The position numbers and the translations under genes were made by a program. Below the pieces are notes generated by a model that saw only the letters and a list, made by a program, of their open reading frames with translations, was not told where the DNA came from and did no database searches. From Nitrososphaeria archaeon (GTDB lineage: Archaea > Thermoproteota > Nitrososphaeria > JACIWG01), in the NCBI GenBank assembly GCA_049969935.1, contig JBMFNX010000002.1, forward strand, positions 5,789-69,788: 64,000 nucleotides of DNA, given 5' to 3'. Every line of letters begins with the position of its first letter. Positions within the stretch are counted from its first letter, which is position 1. Positions 10,564 to 20,517 of this stretch are shown piece after piece.

Positions 10564-11917
10564 TTTCCTTCCTAATTCTTTCTAACGTCCTTCTAATTAT
10601 TTCTTTGGAACCCTCAATATGGTTTTCTGGCACAAATATTTTATCCACTTCATCCCTGCTAATGAACTTTGAAACAAGTTCGTCTTTTAAAAGAATTTCT
10701 TTAAACTCTTTACCCTCAACCCTACATCTTGTAGACAGTTCCCTTAAAATTTTATGCGCTTCAGACCTCGAGAAACCTTTCCTTATGAGTATGTCGAGGA
10801 CAAATTCCGAGTATATGAGACCTTTTGTGCGTTCGATATTTGCTCTGACAACATTTTCCTTTATACTCATTTTAGAAAGAACCCTGCAAACTGTTTCAAT
10901 CATTTCATCTAATATTATGGCTGAAATCGGGATTATGAATCTTTCATTCGCAGAATTTGTTAGATCCCTTTCATGCCACAACGCTATATTTTCGAGGGCT
11001 ACTAGAGGCATAGAGCGTAGTAGTTTTGAGAGACTGGAAACCTTTTCACATGATATCGGATTTCTTTTAGATGGTACAGCCGAGCTTCCTATCTGATCCT
11101 TAGAAAACTCTTCCTCAAACTCGTCTATTTCTGTCCTAGAAAGATTTCTAAATTCTGTTGCAATCTTATCAAGTGTAGAGCCAACAAGAGCACACCACCA
11201 TATAAATTCAGCATAATTTTCTCTTGAAACAACCTGTGTTGCAGCCTTAACTGGATAGAGGCCAAGTTCTTCTCCAACTAGCTGCATCACCTTTAATGCT
11301 TCTGCACCTAAAACAGAACCACTACCCACTACACCTAAAGTCTTGCAAACTAGGACTCTTGGCTTAATTTCGTTAAGCCTGTTCAAATGGTCAAGGAGGT
11401 CGTTAGCCCAGACTGCAAACTTTTGTCCAAATGAAATTATTGAAGCATGCTGCCCATGTGTCCTTCCAACCGATGGGAGGTTAGAATATTTTTCAGCTAA
11501 AGAACCTAAGATGCTTATCAAGTATTCAAGCTTCCTTTCTACTATTTTTATGTAATCTTTTAGTTGGAGAGATTGGGCTGTGTCCAGTATATCATTACTT
11601 GTTAGCCCATAATGAACCCAAGGCTTAGCCTTGTCTGAAACCACCGAAACTATAGCTTCAACTAGGGAGGCTGTTTCATGCATTGTAACCTTTTCAATAT
11701 CCTTCCACATAATATAGGATACATGTTCTATACTACATTTTGAGCAAATTTCTTTAGAAGCCTCTTCTGGAATAATTTTTAGCAAGCCTTCAGCTTTCGA
11801 GACAGCGGCCTCCACCATTAGCATGTACCTTAATCGAGACTCTTCAGAAAAGATTTTTTTAACTTCACTAGTGCCATATCTTCCTGAATCTATTGGCAGT
11901 ATTGGAGAGTAGGACAT
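10544..11917 (-). CDS. purB: adenylosuccinate lyase
   Basis: Fumarate-lyase signature GSSAVPSKRNP, with TSNDILDTA and the overall length expected of PurB. Confidence 0.8.
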   Translation of the reverse strand: MSYSPILPIDSGRYGTSEVKKIFSEESRLRYMLMVEAAVSKAEGLLKIIPEEASKEICSKCSIEHVSYIMWKDIEKVTMHETASLVEAIVSVVSDKAKPWVHYGLTSNDILDTAQSLQLKDYIKIVERKLEYLISILGSLAEKYSNLPSVGRTHGQHASIISFGQKFAVWANDLLDHLNRLNEIKPRVLVCKTLGVVGSGSVLGAEALKVMQLVGEELGLYPVKAATQVVSRENYAEFIWWCALVGSTLDKIATEFRNLSRTEIDEFEEEFSKDQIGSSAVPSKRNPISCEKVSSLSKLLRSMPLVALENIALWHERDLTNSANERFIIPISAIILDEMIETVCRVLSKMSIKENVVRANIERTKGLIYSEFVLDILIRKGFSRSEAHKILRELSTRCRVEGKEFKEILLKDELVSKFISRDEVDKIFVPENHIEGSKEIIRRTLERIRKEIGSTYS

Positions 11918-11950
11918 ATGTTAACCATTGGCATCTGAAGTCTTTAAGTG

Positions 11951-14116
11951 TTATGGAAGAAAACGGAGTTGCTCCTTTATTCTTTTAGCCAAAGTTGGAC
12001 CCAGCTTCGGAATCTTTGCAATATCCTGCTCCTCAGCCTTCTTTAGGTCATTAACTGTTTTGAAACCATGAGAATAAAGTATGCGTGCTCTTACACGACC
12101 AATTCCTTCAAGCCTTGTAAGTTCTAAAAGTTCATTTTTAACACCATAGCGCAAACGTTCTTCAAGCAGTAATGAAGTATTTTGAAGGCTTTTAATGCCA
12201 AAAAGATTCGATAGTTTTGTGAAAGCGTGAACAAGCCATTGAGCTGACTCGACTTGACGATAAAGGTCTCCTGGCTCTATAGAGAATTTATCGTATATTT
12301 CATTTTCTGTCCGCTCATTTATCCATTCCTTTAGAGATAGAAAGCTTCTTCCAACTTCCTCGAAAACTTTGGATCCTATGCTAGTGAATATGCTAAAGAT
12401 TGGCCCTAATCTTTTTTCAATAATGTGCCCGAATTCTGCATAATCAGAGTTTCTAAGATAAAATTTTGGTTGAAAATCTTCTGAAGTTACAGCGGATAAG
12501 AGTATTAGGTCTTCTTCATCCACTAAACTTTTGTTTCTAAGGTTTCTGTACTCTTCTAAAATTGTTTTATAATGTATTCCCGTAGAGGTTGAAATGTATA
12601 GGAAAGAAATATTTTTACCAAATTCTGTAGAAATGTATCTGCCACCTTCTTCTTCAATCAGACCATTTAATTTTAGATAGGAGAGTACTGACCTAATTTT
12701 TGATATAACGAATTGAGGCCTCCTCTGATAGCCAAATAGTGTTCTAGAGAAAAAGGAATAGAGCTCCTTTTCAGACAGGCCTGGGAAGCTAACGATTACT
12801 GCAAGAAGATGGTTTCTTAAAATTTCTGTGTTAATCAGTTTTGAGTAGATTGGTTCAGGGGAGCCCTTAACATAACGTTCGAAGAATGTTTCAGGATCCC
12901 CTGACCTTAGGATGGTTATAGCGTAGCCGACATCATCATATTTTGGTCGACCCGCTCTTCCACAAAGTTGTTTATATTCTAGTATACTTATTTCTTCACT
13001 TTGACCCCATTCACTGTGATAACGTGATAAACTGTTGATTATTACAGTCCTTGCTGGAAGATTAACTCCAGCAGCTAATGTTGGTGTAGCACACAATATT
13101 TTGATAACACCTTCTCTAAAAGCTTCCTCAACTATAGTTCGATGCGAATGTGATAAACCAGCGTGATGGAATGCTGAACCCTTTAAAACACAGTTAGCAA
13201 GCTTTCTACTTACTTCAGTAAATTCTTCAGAAAACATTATTTTCTCATACACTTCTTTAAGTTTTTCAATTTCTGATTGAGTTAAAAACTTTGATGAAAC
13301 AACAGTCGCCTTTTCTGCAAGTGATACTGCATTCCTTCTATTATCAGAAAATATTAGCACTTGACCTCCATACTTCAACATCGCATATGCTACGTCGATA
13401 GCTGGACCATAGTCGCTTCTTACTGTTTCAAACCTTTTACCGTCATAGAAGAGTATTTGGCCATTCTGATACACACCTTCAATTAACTTTACTGGACGCC
13501 AAGACATGTTAACGATTTCAGCATTAATCCATGACGCTATATCCCTATAGTTTGATACTGTAGCGCTTAAGGCAATAATCTGAGGCCTATTGGGAGAAGA
13601 GAGAAAATGTGAAATTAGCATTTCGATAACTGGGCCTCTATCATCTTCATTAAGCAAATGTATTTCATCGAATATTACAAGCCCTATCCTTTCGATCCAA
13701 GCAGGATCCTGTCTAATCATTGAATCAAATTTTTCGTTCGTTAAAACAAGCACATCTTTTTCCTTAAGATAATCGCCTCTTACATCATAGTCTCCAGTCG
13801 AAATAGCTATTGAAGGATTTAATCCGTCAGACTTTGATAATATTGAAAGTGACTTAAACTCCTCATATTTTTCGTTTGCAAGAGCCTTTAGTGGGGTAAG
13901 ATATATGACCTTCTTATTCTCAAGCACCGCCTTTGCAGCACACATTAGGGCAATAAGAGTTTTCCCGCTAGCTGTAGGAGTTGTTATAAGCATACTTTTT
14001 CCTTCAAGCACACCCTTCCTAACAGCTTCCTCCTGTGGAGGGTAGAGGGTATGGTATCCTAAATTTTTTAACATGCTTTTGACTTGTTCAGGTAATGGTA
14101 GTGAGTCAACATGCAT
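11951..14116 (-). CDS. Hel308/Hjm Ski2-like DNA helicase
   Basis: Walker A TPTASGKT, DEIH box, a helicase C-terminal domain and a C-terminal HhH/wH region over about 720 aa. Confidence 0.8.
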   Translation of the reverse strand: MHVDSLPLPEQVKSMLKNLGYHTLYPPQEEAVRKGVLEGKSMLITTPTASGKTLIALMCAAKAVLENKKVIYLTPLKALANEKYEEFKSLSILSKSDGLNPSIAISTGDYDVRGDYLKEKDVLVLTNEKFDSMIRQDPAWIERIGLVIFDEIHLLNEDDRGPVIEMLISHFLSSPNRPQIIALSATVSNYRDIASWINAEIVNMSWRPVKLIEGVYQNGQILFYDGKRFETVRSDYGPAIDVAYAMLKYGGQVLIFSDNRRNAVSLAEKATVVSSKFLTQSEIEKLKEVYEKIMFSEEFTEVSRKLANCVLKGSAFHHAGLSHSHRTIVEEAFREGVIKILCATPTLAAGVNLPARTVIINSLSRYHSEWGQSEEISILEYKQLCGRAGRPKYDDVGYAITILRSGDPETFFERYVKGSPEPIYSKLINTEILRNHLLAVIVSFPGLSEKELYSFFSRTLFGYQRRPQFVISKIRSVLSYLKLNGLIEEEGGRYISTEFGKNISFLYISTSTGIHYKTILEEYRNLRNKSLVDEEDLILLSAVTSEDFQPKFYLRNSDYAEFGHIIEKRLGPIFSIFTSIGSKVFEEVGRSFLSLKEWINERTENEIYDKFSIEPGDLYRQVESAQWLVHAFTKLSNLFGIKSLQNTSLLLEERLRYGVKNELLELTRLEGIGRVRARILYSHGFKTVNDLKKAEEQDIAKIPKLGPTLAKRIKEQLRFLP

Positions 14117-14131
14117 GAGTATAACCTACTA

Positions 14132-16174
14132 TTATACTCTCTTATAATATCCAGGCTTAACCATGTAGAAGACACCCTTATTTTCTAGCTGAGAAAAGTA
14201 CATTTTGGCTTCAATTTCATTAAACTTTTTTGTTTCAACAAGAGCTTTTATAAGTGTGTTCAATTCTACAGGCTCATTCGATGGACCTGAAAGTTCCTTA
14301 TACTTTTGGAACACTATCTCAAGCTTGCTTCTTTCACTTGCAGGCATACCGGTTATTGTGCCCATATCAATTTTACCAGTCTTTTTGTCGACAGCAACCG
14401 TGTATAGCATACTTTTGGTTAACGTTATAGCTTCAGCCGCATCCTCTTCAGTAACCTTATCTTTGAGCAGAAGCCTTGCCCTAGCCATTGCAAGACGAAT
14501 CAATGATTCAAGCTGTCTCGGAGTCACCGGTATACCTTGCGTATCCGATTGTGAACGCATTTCAAGATAGAAGTCTATCAACATTTTTTCAGCTTCAGGT
14601 GTAATTGTAGGATTAATATTTTTACAGTATACAAGATACTTTCTTAGAAAGTCTATGTCAAGGGGAGGCTTCTGTACAAATGTGCGTGAACGCCTTAGAG
14701 CCATTATATGTGATGCAATCTGCTCGTCAACAGACCTTTCTGGAACATCTCTTATAACAAAGATTAGGTCAAATCTTGTTAAAAGTGGTGAAGGCAAATT
14801 TATGTTTTCAGCCAAATTTTTGTATGGATCATATTTTCCAAGCAATGGGTTAGCGGCTGACAGTATTGAGGTTCTAGCGTTAAGAGTGACTACAATACCT
14901 CCCTTTGCAACAGACACTGTCTGCTGCTCCATGGCTTCGTGAAGAGCTTGCCTGTCAGTATTGCTCATTTTATCAAATTCGTCTATAGCACATACACCTT
15001 GATCTGCTAAAACTACAGCTCCAGCTTCTAGCATTAGCATACCACTCTTTTCTCTTACGACAGCAGCGGTTAAACCGGCAGCAGTTGTACCTTTACCGGA
15101 AGTGTATAGGCCCCTTGGAGCCAGACGGGCAGCATATTTTAAAAGCTCACTCTTTGCTGTTCCCGGATCGCCGACAATAAGTATGTTTATGTCACCTCTC
15201 AAAGTTGTTCCATCAGGTAAGGGTATTTGTGGCGCACCCACGATAAGAAGCAAGATCGCTTCCTTTAAAAGGTCAAGGCCATAGATTGAGGGGGCGAAAG
15301 AGTTTATGAGGAGCTTCATCCAGTCAGGACGCTTTGCTAGCTCCTTAAACTTTATTTCATCAGCCTTTTCGATTATAATATCCTGTGGACTTTTACCTAA
15401 AACTTCAACATAGTTTCCTTCAATAAATGCATTAAATGTTCTAGAACGCCCACCCCTTCCACCAAACTCTTCTTCAGCCCTCAAAATACCTGTGACAGTT
15501 ACCCGGTCACCAGGCCTGGCTACATCAACGATATCACCATATAATTTTATTTCAAGCTGTCTTGGAAGCTGTCCGGGAGGAAGTTCTTCTGGAAGCTCCT
15601 GTATCCTTAATAGTTGAAAGTTCACGTACACACTTTTTAGCTCATCAAGTTTGAAAACGTCTTTTTCATCACATTCTCTACATTTTAATGGCTTTTTTAG
15701 CGAACGTTCCCTTTGAGGGACAAAGGTTATGTGATTGTTTGAGCAAACCCATGCAGCTTCAATTATATAGGGCTTTATTTCTGAAACCCTTACAACTATT
15801 CCTGTTACAGCAACAAGATTGCCTAGTAGACTTACATCCAATTTTCTTAAAGGATATTTTTCTGGAAGATTTCTTATCCTAACTATAAAAAATTTTTCCA
15901 CCCTCTTCGCGTACTCTGGATCCTCTTCCTTCAAAAAGTCTAGAGCGGCTCTAGAGAATATTTCTAAATATTTTGGATCCCTTGTCGCTAAAGCTGCAAG
16001 GTCACTGTTGTAGCGTGAAAGGTCAGAGTAGTCTATTATAAGTGAGTTACCTCCTCTTTGTATAATATTATTCAATTGAATCCTGTACTTCGGCTGCCTG
16101 TACTCATCTAACCATCCTTTAATAAAGTCTAGAAAAAGGTCCTTGATTTTAGAGTCCGAAACCGTTTCCAGCAT
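14132..16174 (-). CDS. mcm: minichromosome maintenance helicase MCM (start taken at the internal Met 'MLETVSD'; the longest ORF extends to 16219)
   Basis: Zn motif CxxC...CRECDE, Walker A GDPGTAKS, the MCM box IDEFDKM and an arginine finger. Confidence 0.9.
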   Translation of the reverse strand: MLETVSDSKIKDLFLDFIKGWLDEYRQPKYRIQLNNIIQRGGNSLIIDYSDLSRYNSDLAALATRDPKYLEIFSRAALDFLKEEDPEYAKRVEKFFIVRIRNLPEKYPLRKLDVSLLGNLVAVTGIVVRVSEIKPYIIEAAWVCSNNHITFVPQRERSLKKPLKCRECDEKDVFKLDELKSVYVNFQLLRIQELPEELPPGQLPRQLEIKLYGDIVDVARPGDRVTVTGILRAEEEFGGRGGRSRTFNAFIEGNYVEVLGKSPQDIIIEKADEIKFKELAKRPDWMKLLINSFAPSIYGLDLLKEAILLLIVGAPQIPLPDGTTLRGDINILIVGDPGTAKSELLKYAARLAPRGLYTSGKGTTAAGLTAAVVREKSGMLMLEAGAVVLADQGVCAIDEFDKMSNTDRQALHEAMEQQTVSVAKGGIVVTLNARTSILSAANPLLGKYDPYKNLAENINLPSPLLTRFDLIFVIRDVPERSVDEQIASHIMALRRSRTFVQKPPLDIDFLRKYLVYCKNINPTITPEAEKMLIDFYLEMRSQSDTQGIPVTPRQLESLIRLAMARARLLLKDKVTEEDAAEAITLTKSMLYTVAVDKKTGKIDMGTITGMPASERSKLEIVFQKYKELSGPSNEPVELNTLIKALVETKKFNEIEAKMYFSQLENKGVFYMVKPGYYKRV

Positions 16175-16175
16175 C

Positions 16176-16745
16176 CTATTTTCCAACCTCCAATATTTTA
16201 GAAACAAAATCCTTAACATTCTTTTGCAATATCTTCAAAAGTGTCTGTTCTTCGAGAGTCAGTTTCGGAAGGACTTCTCCCGCGTCCGTGAAAGGTCGGG
16301 CAAAATGCAGTAATTTTCTTATTCTAATACTAATTAGATCTTGAGCGTCATTATAAACTTTCAAATACTCACTTCTTGCCATAACGTCTGTTGAAGGAGT
16401 TGACCTTTTCTTATCTAAAAAGTCTATAAGTGCAAGGTAAAAGTTTTCTGAAAGCTGTGAAAGGTTGAGAGAGTCTCTTAAAAGCTTTTCCTTAGCAACA
16501 CTCTTGTAAAATTCCTCCTCAAACCCTTCATCTTGAATTTCTACAAAACCATTTTTTTCAAGAATTTTTGCAGCCCAAAGAGGTATAGACATTATAGAGC
16601 CTTCTAGAATTGCTTCCGCTTGAAAGGCTCCAAACTTAAGATTTTGGATTGGAGATTTGAACAATACTTTAACCGGAGTCAGCATAAACCCTAACCTTCT
16701 AATATCAATCATTTCCTCTATTGTGACGTACAAGGCTGCAACCAC
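16176..16745 (-). CDS. GINS subunit (Gins23-like)
   Basis: Small alpha/beta protein lying immediately upstream of mcm in the same orientation. This is the conserved crenarchaeal gins23-mcm arrangement. Confidence 0.45.
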   Translation of the reverse strand: MVAALYVTIEEMIDIRRLGFMLTPVKVLFKSPIQNLKFGAFQAEAILEGSIMSIPLWAAKILEKNGFVEIQDEGFEEEFYKSVAKEKLLRDSLNLSQLSENFYLALIDFLDKKRSTPSTDVMARSEYLKVYNDAQDLISIRIRKLLHFARPFTDAGEVLPKLTLEEQTLLKILQKNVKDFVSKILEVGK

Positions 16746-16883
16746 ACTCTAAACAGCATGTTAGTGGTTAAAAACTTTAATTAAATTATATGAGAGTTGA
16801 AGGTAAAATATTTTATAATAAAATTTTTTCCTACATACATTTATGCTTATATCTATTAAATTTGATTGGTAGAGTGTTAAAAG

Positions 16884-17849
16884 ATGAGTCTAGAAGAACT
16901 AATGTGGGTTGAGAAATATAGGCCGAAGGAATTGGATGAAGTAGTAGACCAACGTGAGATTATAGAAAGGATAAAGCTGCTAATCCAGAAGCCTAATGAA
17001 ATGCCGCATTTACTTTTCGCTGGACCTCCTGGAACTGGAAAGACGACGGTTGCATTAATAATAGCAAGAAAACTTTTAGGTGATGGTTGGAGAAATTATA
17101 CACTCGAACTTAACGCTTCAGATGAAAGGGGTATAAAGACTGTTAGAGAAAGGATAAAGACTTTTGCAGGCTACGTTGATAGAAGTGTGGAAGTACCTTT
17201 CAGGCTTATCATTTTAGATGAAGCAGACGAGATGACTCATGATGCTCAAACAGCTTTGAGGAGGATAATGGAGGAAAGTTCAAAGTACACAAGGTTTATC
17301 CTAATATGCAACTATTCTTCACAGATAATTGAACCGATACAAAGTCGTTGCGCCATATTTAGATTCCAGAGTCTTAGTAAAGAAGATGTTGTTGAACATC
17401 TTAAGAGGATATGTGTGATGGAGAATGTTGGATTCGAAGAAGAGGCTCTAGAACTATTGTACGAGATAACTGGGGGAGATTTGAGGCACAGTATAAACCT
17501 TCTACAGGCTTCAGCCATTGAAGGAAAGGTTACAAAAGAAAATGTTATGAAACAAGCGGGTTTAATGGGTGAAGCAAGAGTCAAGGAAATGGTTGAGCAT
17601 GCATTAAATGGAAACTTTAATGAGGCAAGAAAAATCTTGGTTGAGATGCTGAACATTAAGGGTGTATCAGAGAACGAGATACTGAGGATGCTGGGTACAA
17701 TACTATTAAATGATGACAGAGTAAACCATGGTAAGGCAGCTAAGATTTTAGCCGAATACGATTATAGGCTAGTACAGGGTGCGAACCCTGAAATACAGTT
17801 AACAGCACTATTATCTGAAATTGAGGAATTGAAAAGTGATAGGATTTGA
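16884..17849 (+). CDS. rfcS: replication factor C small subunit
   Basis: KYRP...LLFAGPPGTGKTT, DEAD box and SRC motif over 321 aa. Confidence 0.9.
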   Translation: MSLEELMWVEKYRPKELDEVVDQREIIERIKLLIQKPNEMPHLLFAGPPGTGKTTVALIIARKLLGDGWRNYTLELNASDERGIKTVRERIKTFAGYVDRSVEVPFRLIILDEADEMTHDAQTALRRIMEESSKYTRFILICNYSSQIIEPIQSRCAIFRFQSLSKEDVVEHLKRICVMENVGFEEEALELLYEITGGDLRHSINLLQASAIEGKVTKENVMKQAGLMGEARVKEMVEHALNGNFNEARKILVEMLNIKGVSENEILRMLGTILLNDDRVNHGKAAKILAEYDYRLVQGANPEIQLTALLSEIEELKSDRI

Positions 17850-19129
17850 GGTTAGACGTTCCCAGAGGATTGCGTGATATAGAGCCTGAAGAATTCGATA
17901 AAATGGAATGGCTAAGAGAAAAGTTTATGGAAACATTGGACCTTTTTGGATTCAAGAAAATGGAGCCTTCAACAATAGAACTTTTGGATATACTTGAGGC
18001 AAAAAGTGGGCCTTCAATTGTTGATGAAATATACTATTTGAAGGATAAGGCAGGTAGGGAGCTTGGACTAAGATTTGATCTAACTGTTGGAATAAGCAGG
18101 TACGTTTGCAGCCGAAGAGACCTCGAATACCCTTTTAAGATAGGAGCGTTTTCAAGTGTTTGGAGATATGATGAACCACAACGTGGAAGATATAGATGGT
18201 TTTATCAATGGGATGCAGAAATATATGGAAGACCATGCATAAGATCTGATGCAGAAATAATAGAATTGTCCAAAATATATTTTGAAAAGGTTGGATTAAA
18301 TGATGTTAGAGTAGAGTTAAATGATAGGAGAGTGATAGAAGAGTATATTATAAATGTTATAGGTGTGAAAGAGGAGGAAGTAATTAACGAGCTGTTAAGG
18401 CTCCTTGACAAGACAACAAAGAAGAAGGAGGAGGAGATAATACTTGAATATACTTCAAAGGGTTTTCCAAAAAAGGTTGTAGAAGAGGTTCTAGAATTGG
18501 CAAAAATTTCTGGGAATGCAGACAATGTTTTATCTGAAATCGAAGGAAAAGGTTTAAAAAACACAGGAGATTTGAGAAAAATTGTTGAGGAACTTGAAGT
18601 TAGGGGGATAAGGGATTTTTGCATTAACTTGGGTATAGTAAGGGGAATAGACTACTATAGTGGGATCGTTTACGAATTTTATGATCCAACAATATCTAGA
18701 CTAGCGATAGCTGGTGGAGGCAGGTACGATCGACTAATGCAAGTTTTTGGAAGAAGCGACCTTTCGGCAACCGGAGCGGCTGGCGGTGTAGAAAGAATGC
18801 TTATGGTCCTAGACCAAAAAGGACTTACTAGGATAGATAAGAGAAAAAGGATTTTTGTAGCGTTCGTGACAGGAGAATTACAGAATAGGGCACAGACTAT
18901 TGTCACAGAACTTAGGAAGAGAGGATATGCTGCGGAAATGGATATTTATTCTAGAGAGTTAAAGAAACAGCTTGCCTACGCATCAAAGTACAGTAGCCAT
19001 ACAATAATTTTAGCTCCAAGAGAAGACCGAGAAAATAAATGTATTATAAAAGACTTGGAAACAGGAAGTGAAGAAAGAGTGGAATATACTAGAATTTTCG
19101 AAAAACTTGAAACCTTACAAAAGCAGTAA
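17846..19129 (+). CDS. hisS: histidyl-tRNA synthetase (TTG start overlapping the rfcS stop)
   Basis: N-terminus PRGLRD, class II core motifs and a C-terminal anticodon-binding domain. The only in-frame start at the N-terminus is TTG. Confidence 0.85.
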   Translation: MRLDVPRGLRDIEPEEFDKMEWLREKFMETLDLFGFKKMEPSTIELLDILEAKSGPSIVDEIYYLKDKAGRELGLRFDLTVGISRYVCSRRDLEYPFKIGAFSSVWRYDEPQRGRYRWFYQWDAEIYGRPCIRSDAEIIELSKIYFEKVGLNDVRVELNDRRVIEEYIINVIGVKEEEVINELLRLLDKTTKKKEEEIILEYTSKGFPKKVVEEVLELAKISGNADNVLSEIEGKGLKNTGDLRKIVEELEVRGIRDFCINLGIVRGIDYYSGIVYEFYDPTISRLAIAGGGRYDRLMQVFGRSDLSATGAAGGVERMLMVLDQKGLTRIDKRKRIFVAFVTGELQNRAQTIVTELRKRGYAAEMDIYSRELKKQLAYASKYSSHTIILAPREDRENKCIIKDLETGSEERVEYTRIFEKLETLQKQ

Positions 19130-19265
19130 TATAAAATAGAGAACTGAAAACATTATGTTCAAAATTTTTGAAGCTAAAGTTAGAATATTCCCACATTTGT
19201 CGATTATTAAAGGACAAGCTTGTAAAATATTTGGCAGATATTTGAGCAAAATAGTTATAGTTTAA

Positions 19266-19382
19266 TGGTAGCCCGGGAGAGATTCGAACTCTCGTCGGCG
19301 GGTTTCCTCAGCAAGTAGACTAGTGTATTTGTGTCTACATGCTTCCAAAGCCCGCTATGCTTGACCGCTACACCACCGGGCT
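19266..19382 (-). tRNA. tRNA-Gln (UUG anticodon) carrying a 41-nt intron at the canonical 37/38 site; CCA is encoded
   Basis: Reverse complement reads AGCCCGG..GCGGG-CUUUGG-[41-nt insert]-A-CCCGC..GAGAG-UUCGAAU-CUCUC-CCGGGCU-A-CCA. The insert (plus strand 19304..19344) forms the inner helices AGCA/UGCU and GUAGAC/GUCUAC. Confidence 0.75.
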
Positions 19383-19408
19383 ATCTCTTCCCATACAAAT
19401 TAGATGGT

Positions 19409-20467
19409 TTAAACTTTTTCTCTAAAGAGTTCTATTTTTGAAACTATTTTTTCCTTAGGGTCTTCCATTATGGACCAAAGAAGTTTAACCTTCTTTTTGA
19501 ATTGGCTTCTACTTTTAACATTATAGAGAAAGTGTCGGATTATTTTATTAACATTTCCTGAACCTTTTGGCCTTATCACTAAACCTTTTCTAATTAGAAA
19601 TGATTCTATTAATGTTGCCTTTCCAGGAAATAATGATATTGAGGGCACACCTAAAAGTACCGCTTCATGCGTCATTGTGCCTCCAAAGCCTATAAACATG
19701 TCAGAATATTTTAACAGACTTGGCCCGTCAACAAAGTTGGGTAAAATTATCTTATTATCTAATTCTTGCTTGAGATAGGAAAATTGGTTAGGGTAACGAG
19801 CTAACACAACAATATTGGCTTTATCATAGTATTCTTTAACAATATTTTTTATTACATCAAGTACGTTTATTTTATCTCTTCCAAGAAGGTATGAGGCGTG
19901 CTCTTCATGCATTCTTATAACAATTGTTGCCTTATTTGATAAATTAAGTTCTCTCCTAATATCCTTATACATCCAGTTTCTTATCCAAAAGGCAGCATCT
20001 ATACACTTGTATTGAACTATTTTTCCCTTACTTATTCCATATTTTACCCAAACTTTTTTAGGAATCAGCCAAGGTGTAAATAGAAGACTTGATAATGGTA
20101 CTGTCAATTTTGACGCGTGAACTGCATGAGGGCTGTCACTGAACATTATGTGAGGTACACCGAGCCCATAAGATACTCGGGCGCATTCTGGTGAAGAAAA
20201 GGAAATTGATAAATCAAAGTTTTTTTTCATCACAATATCTGCCAAGAGCTCTATTCTCCTTGAACTTTCGATAAGCTTCTCATAAGGTGTTAGACCATGC
20301 TTGCCGACAGAAACAATATCATAGTTTACAAGGGAGGACGCTTCAAATCCTCCATATCCTGACCTTGTGGTTGAGAAGATTTCATGCCCTCTTTCCTTTA
20401 ACCATCCGCTTATCACATTAAAGAAAAAGGCTTGTTTGGGTGTGAGTATATCTATCCAGATTCTCAT
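19409..20467 (-). CDS. DUF354-like protein (GT-B/epimerase-like fold, probably glycan biosynthesis)
   Basis: N-terminus MRIWIDILTPKQAFFF and a length of 352 aa resemble the archaeal DUF354 family. Confidence 0.35.
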   Translation of the reverse strand: MRIWIDILTPKQAFFFNVISGWLKERGHEIFSTTRSGYGGFEASSLVNYDIVSVGKHGLTPYEKLIESSRRIELLADIVMKKNFDLSISFSSPECARVSYGLGVPHIMFSDSPHAVHASKLTVPLSSLLFTPWLIPKKVWVKYGISKGKIVQYKCIDAAFWIRNWMYKDIRRELNLSNKATIVIRMHEEHASYLLGRDKINVLDVIKNIVKEYYDKANIVVLARYPNQFSYLKQELDNKIILPNFVDGPSLLKYSDMFIGFGGTMTHEAVLLGVPSISLFPGKATLIESFLIRKGLVIRPKGSGNVNKIIRHFLYNVKSRSQFKKKVKLLWSIMEDPKEKIVSKIELFREKV

Positions 20468-20517
20468 ATTTTTTACACAAAACTATAATAGTTGAGGTTT
20501 TTAAATTTGTTGATGTC

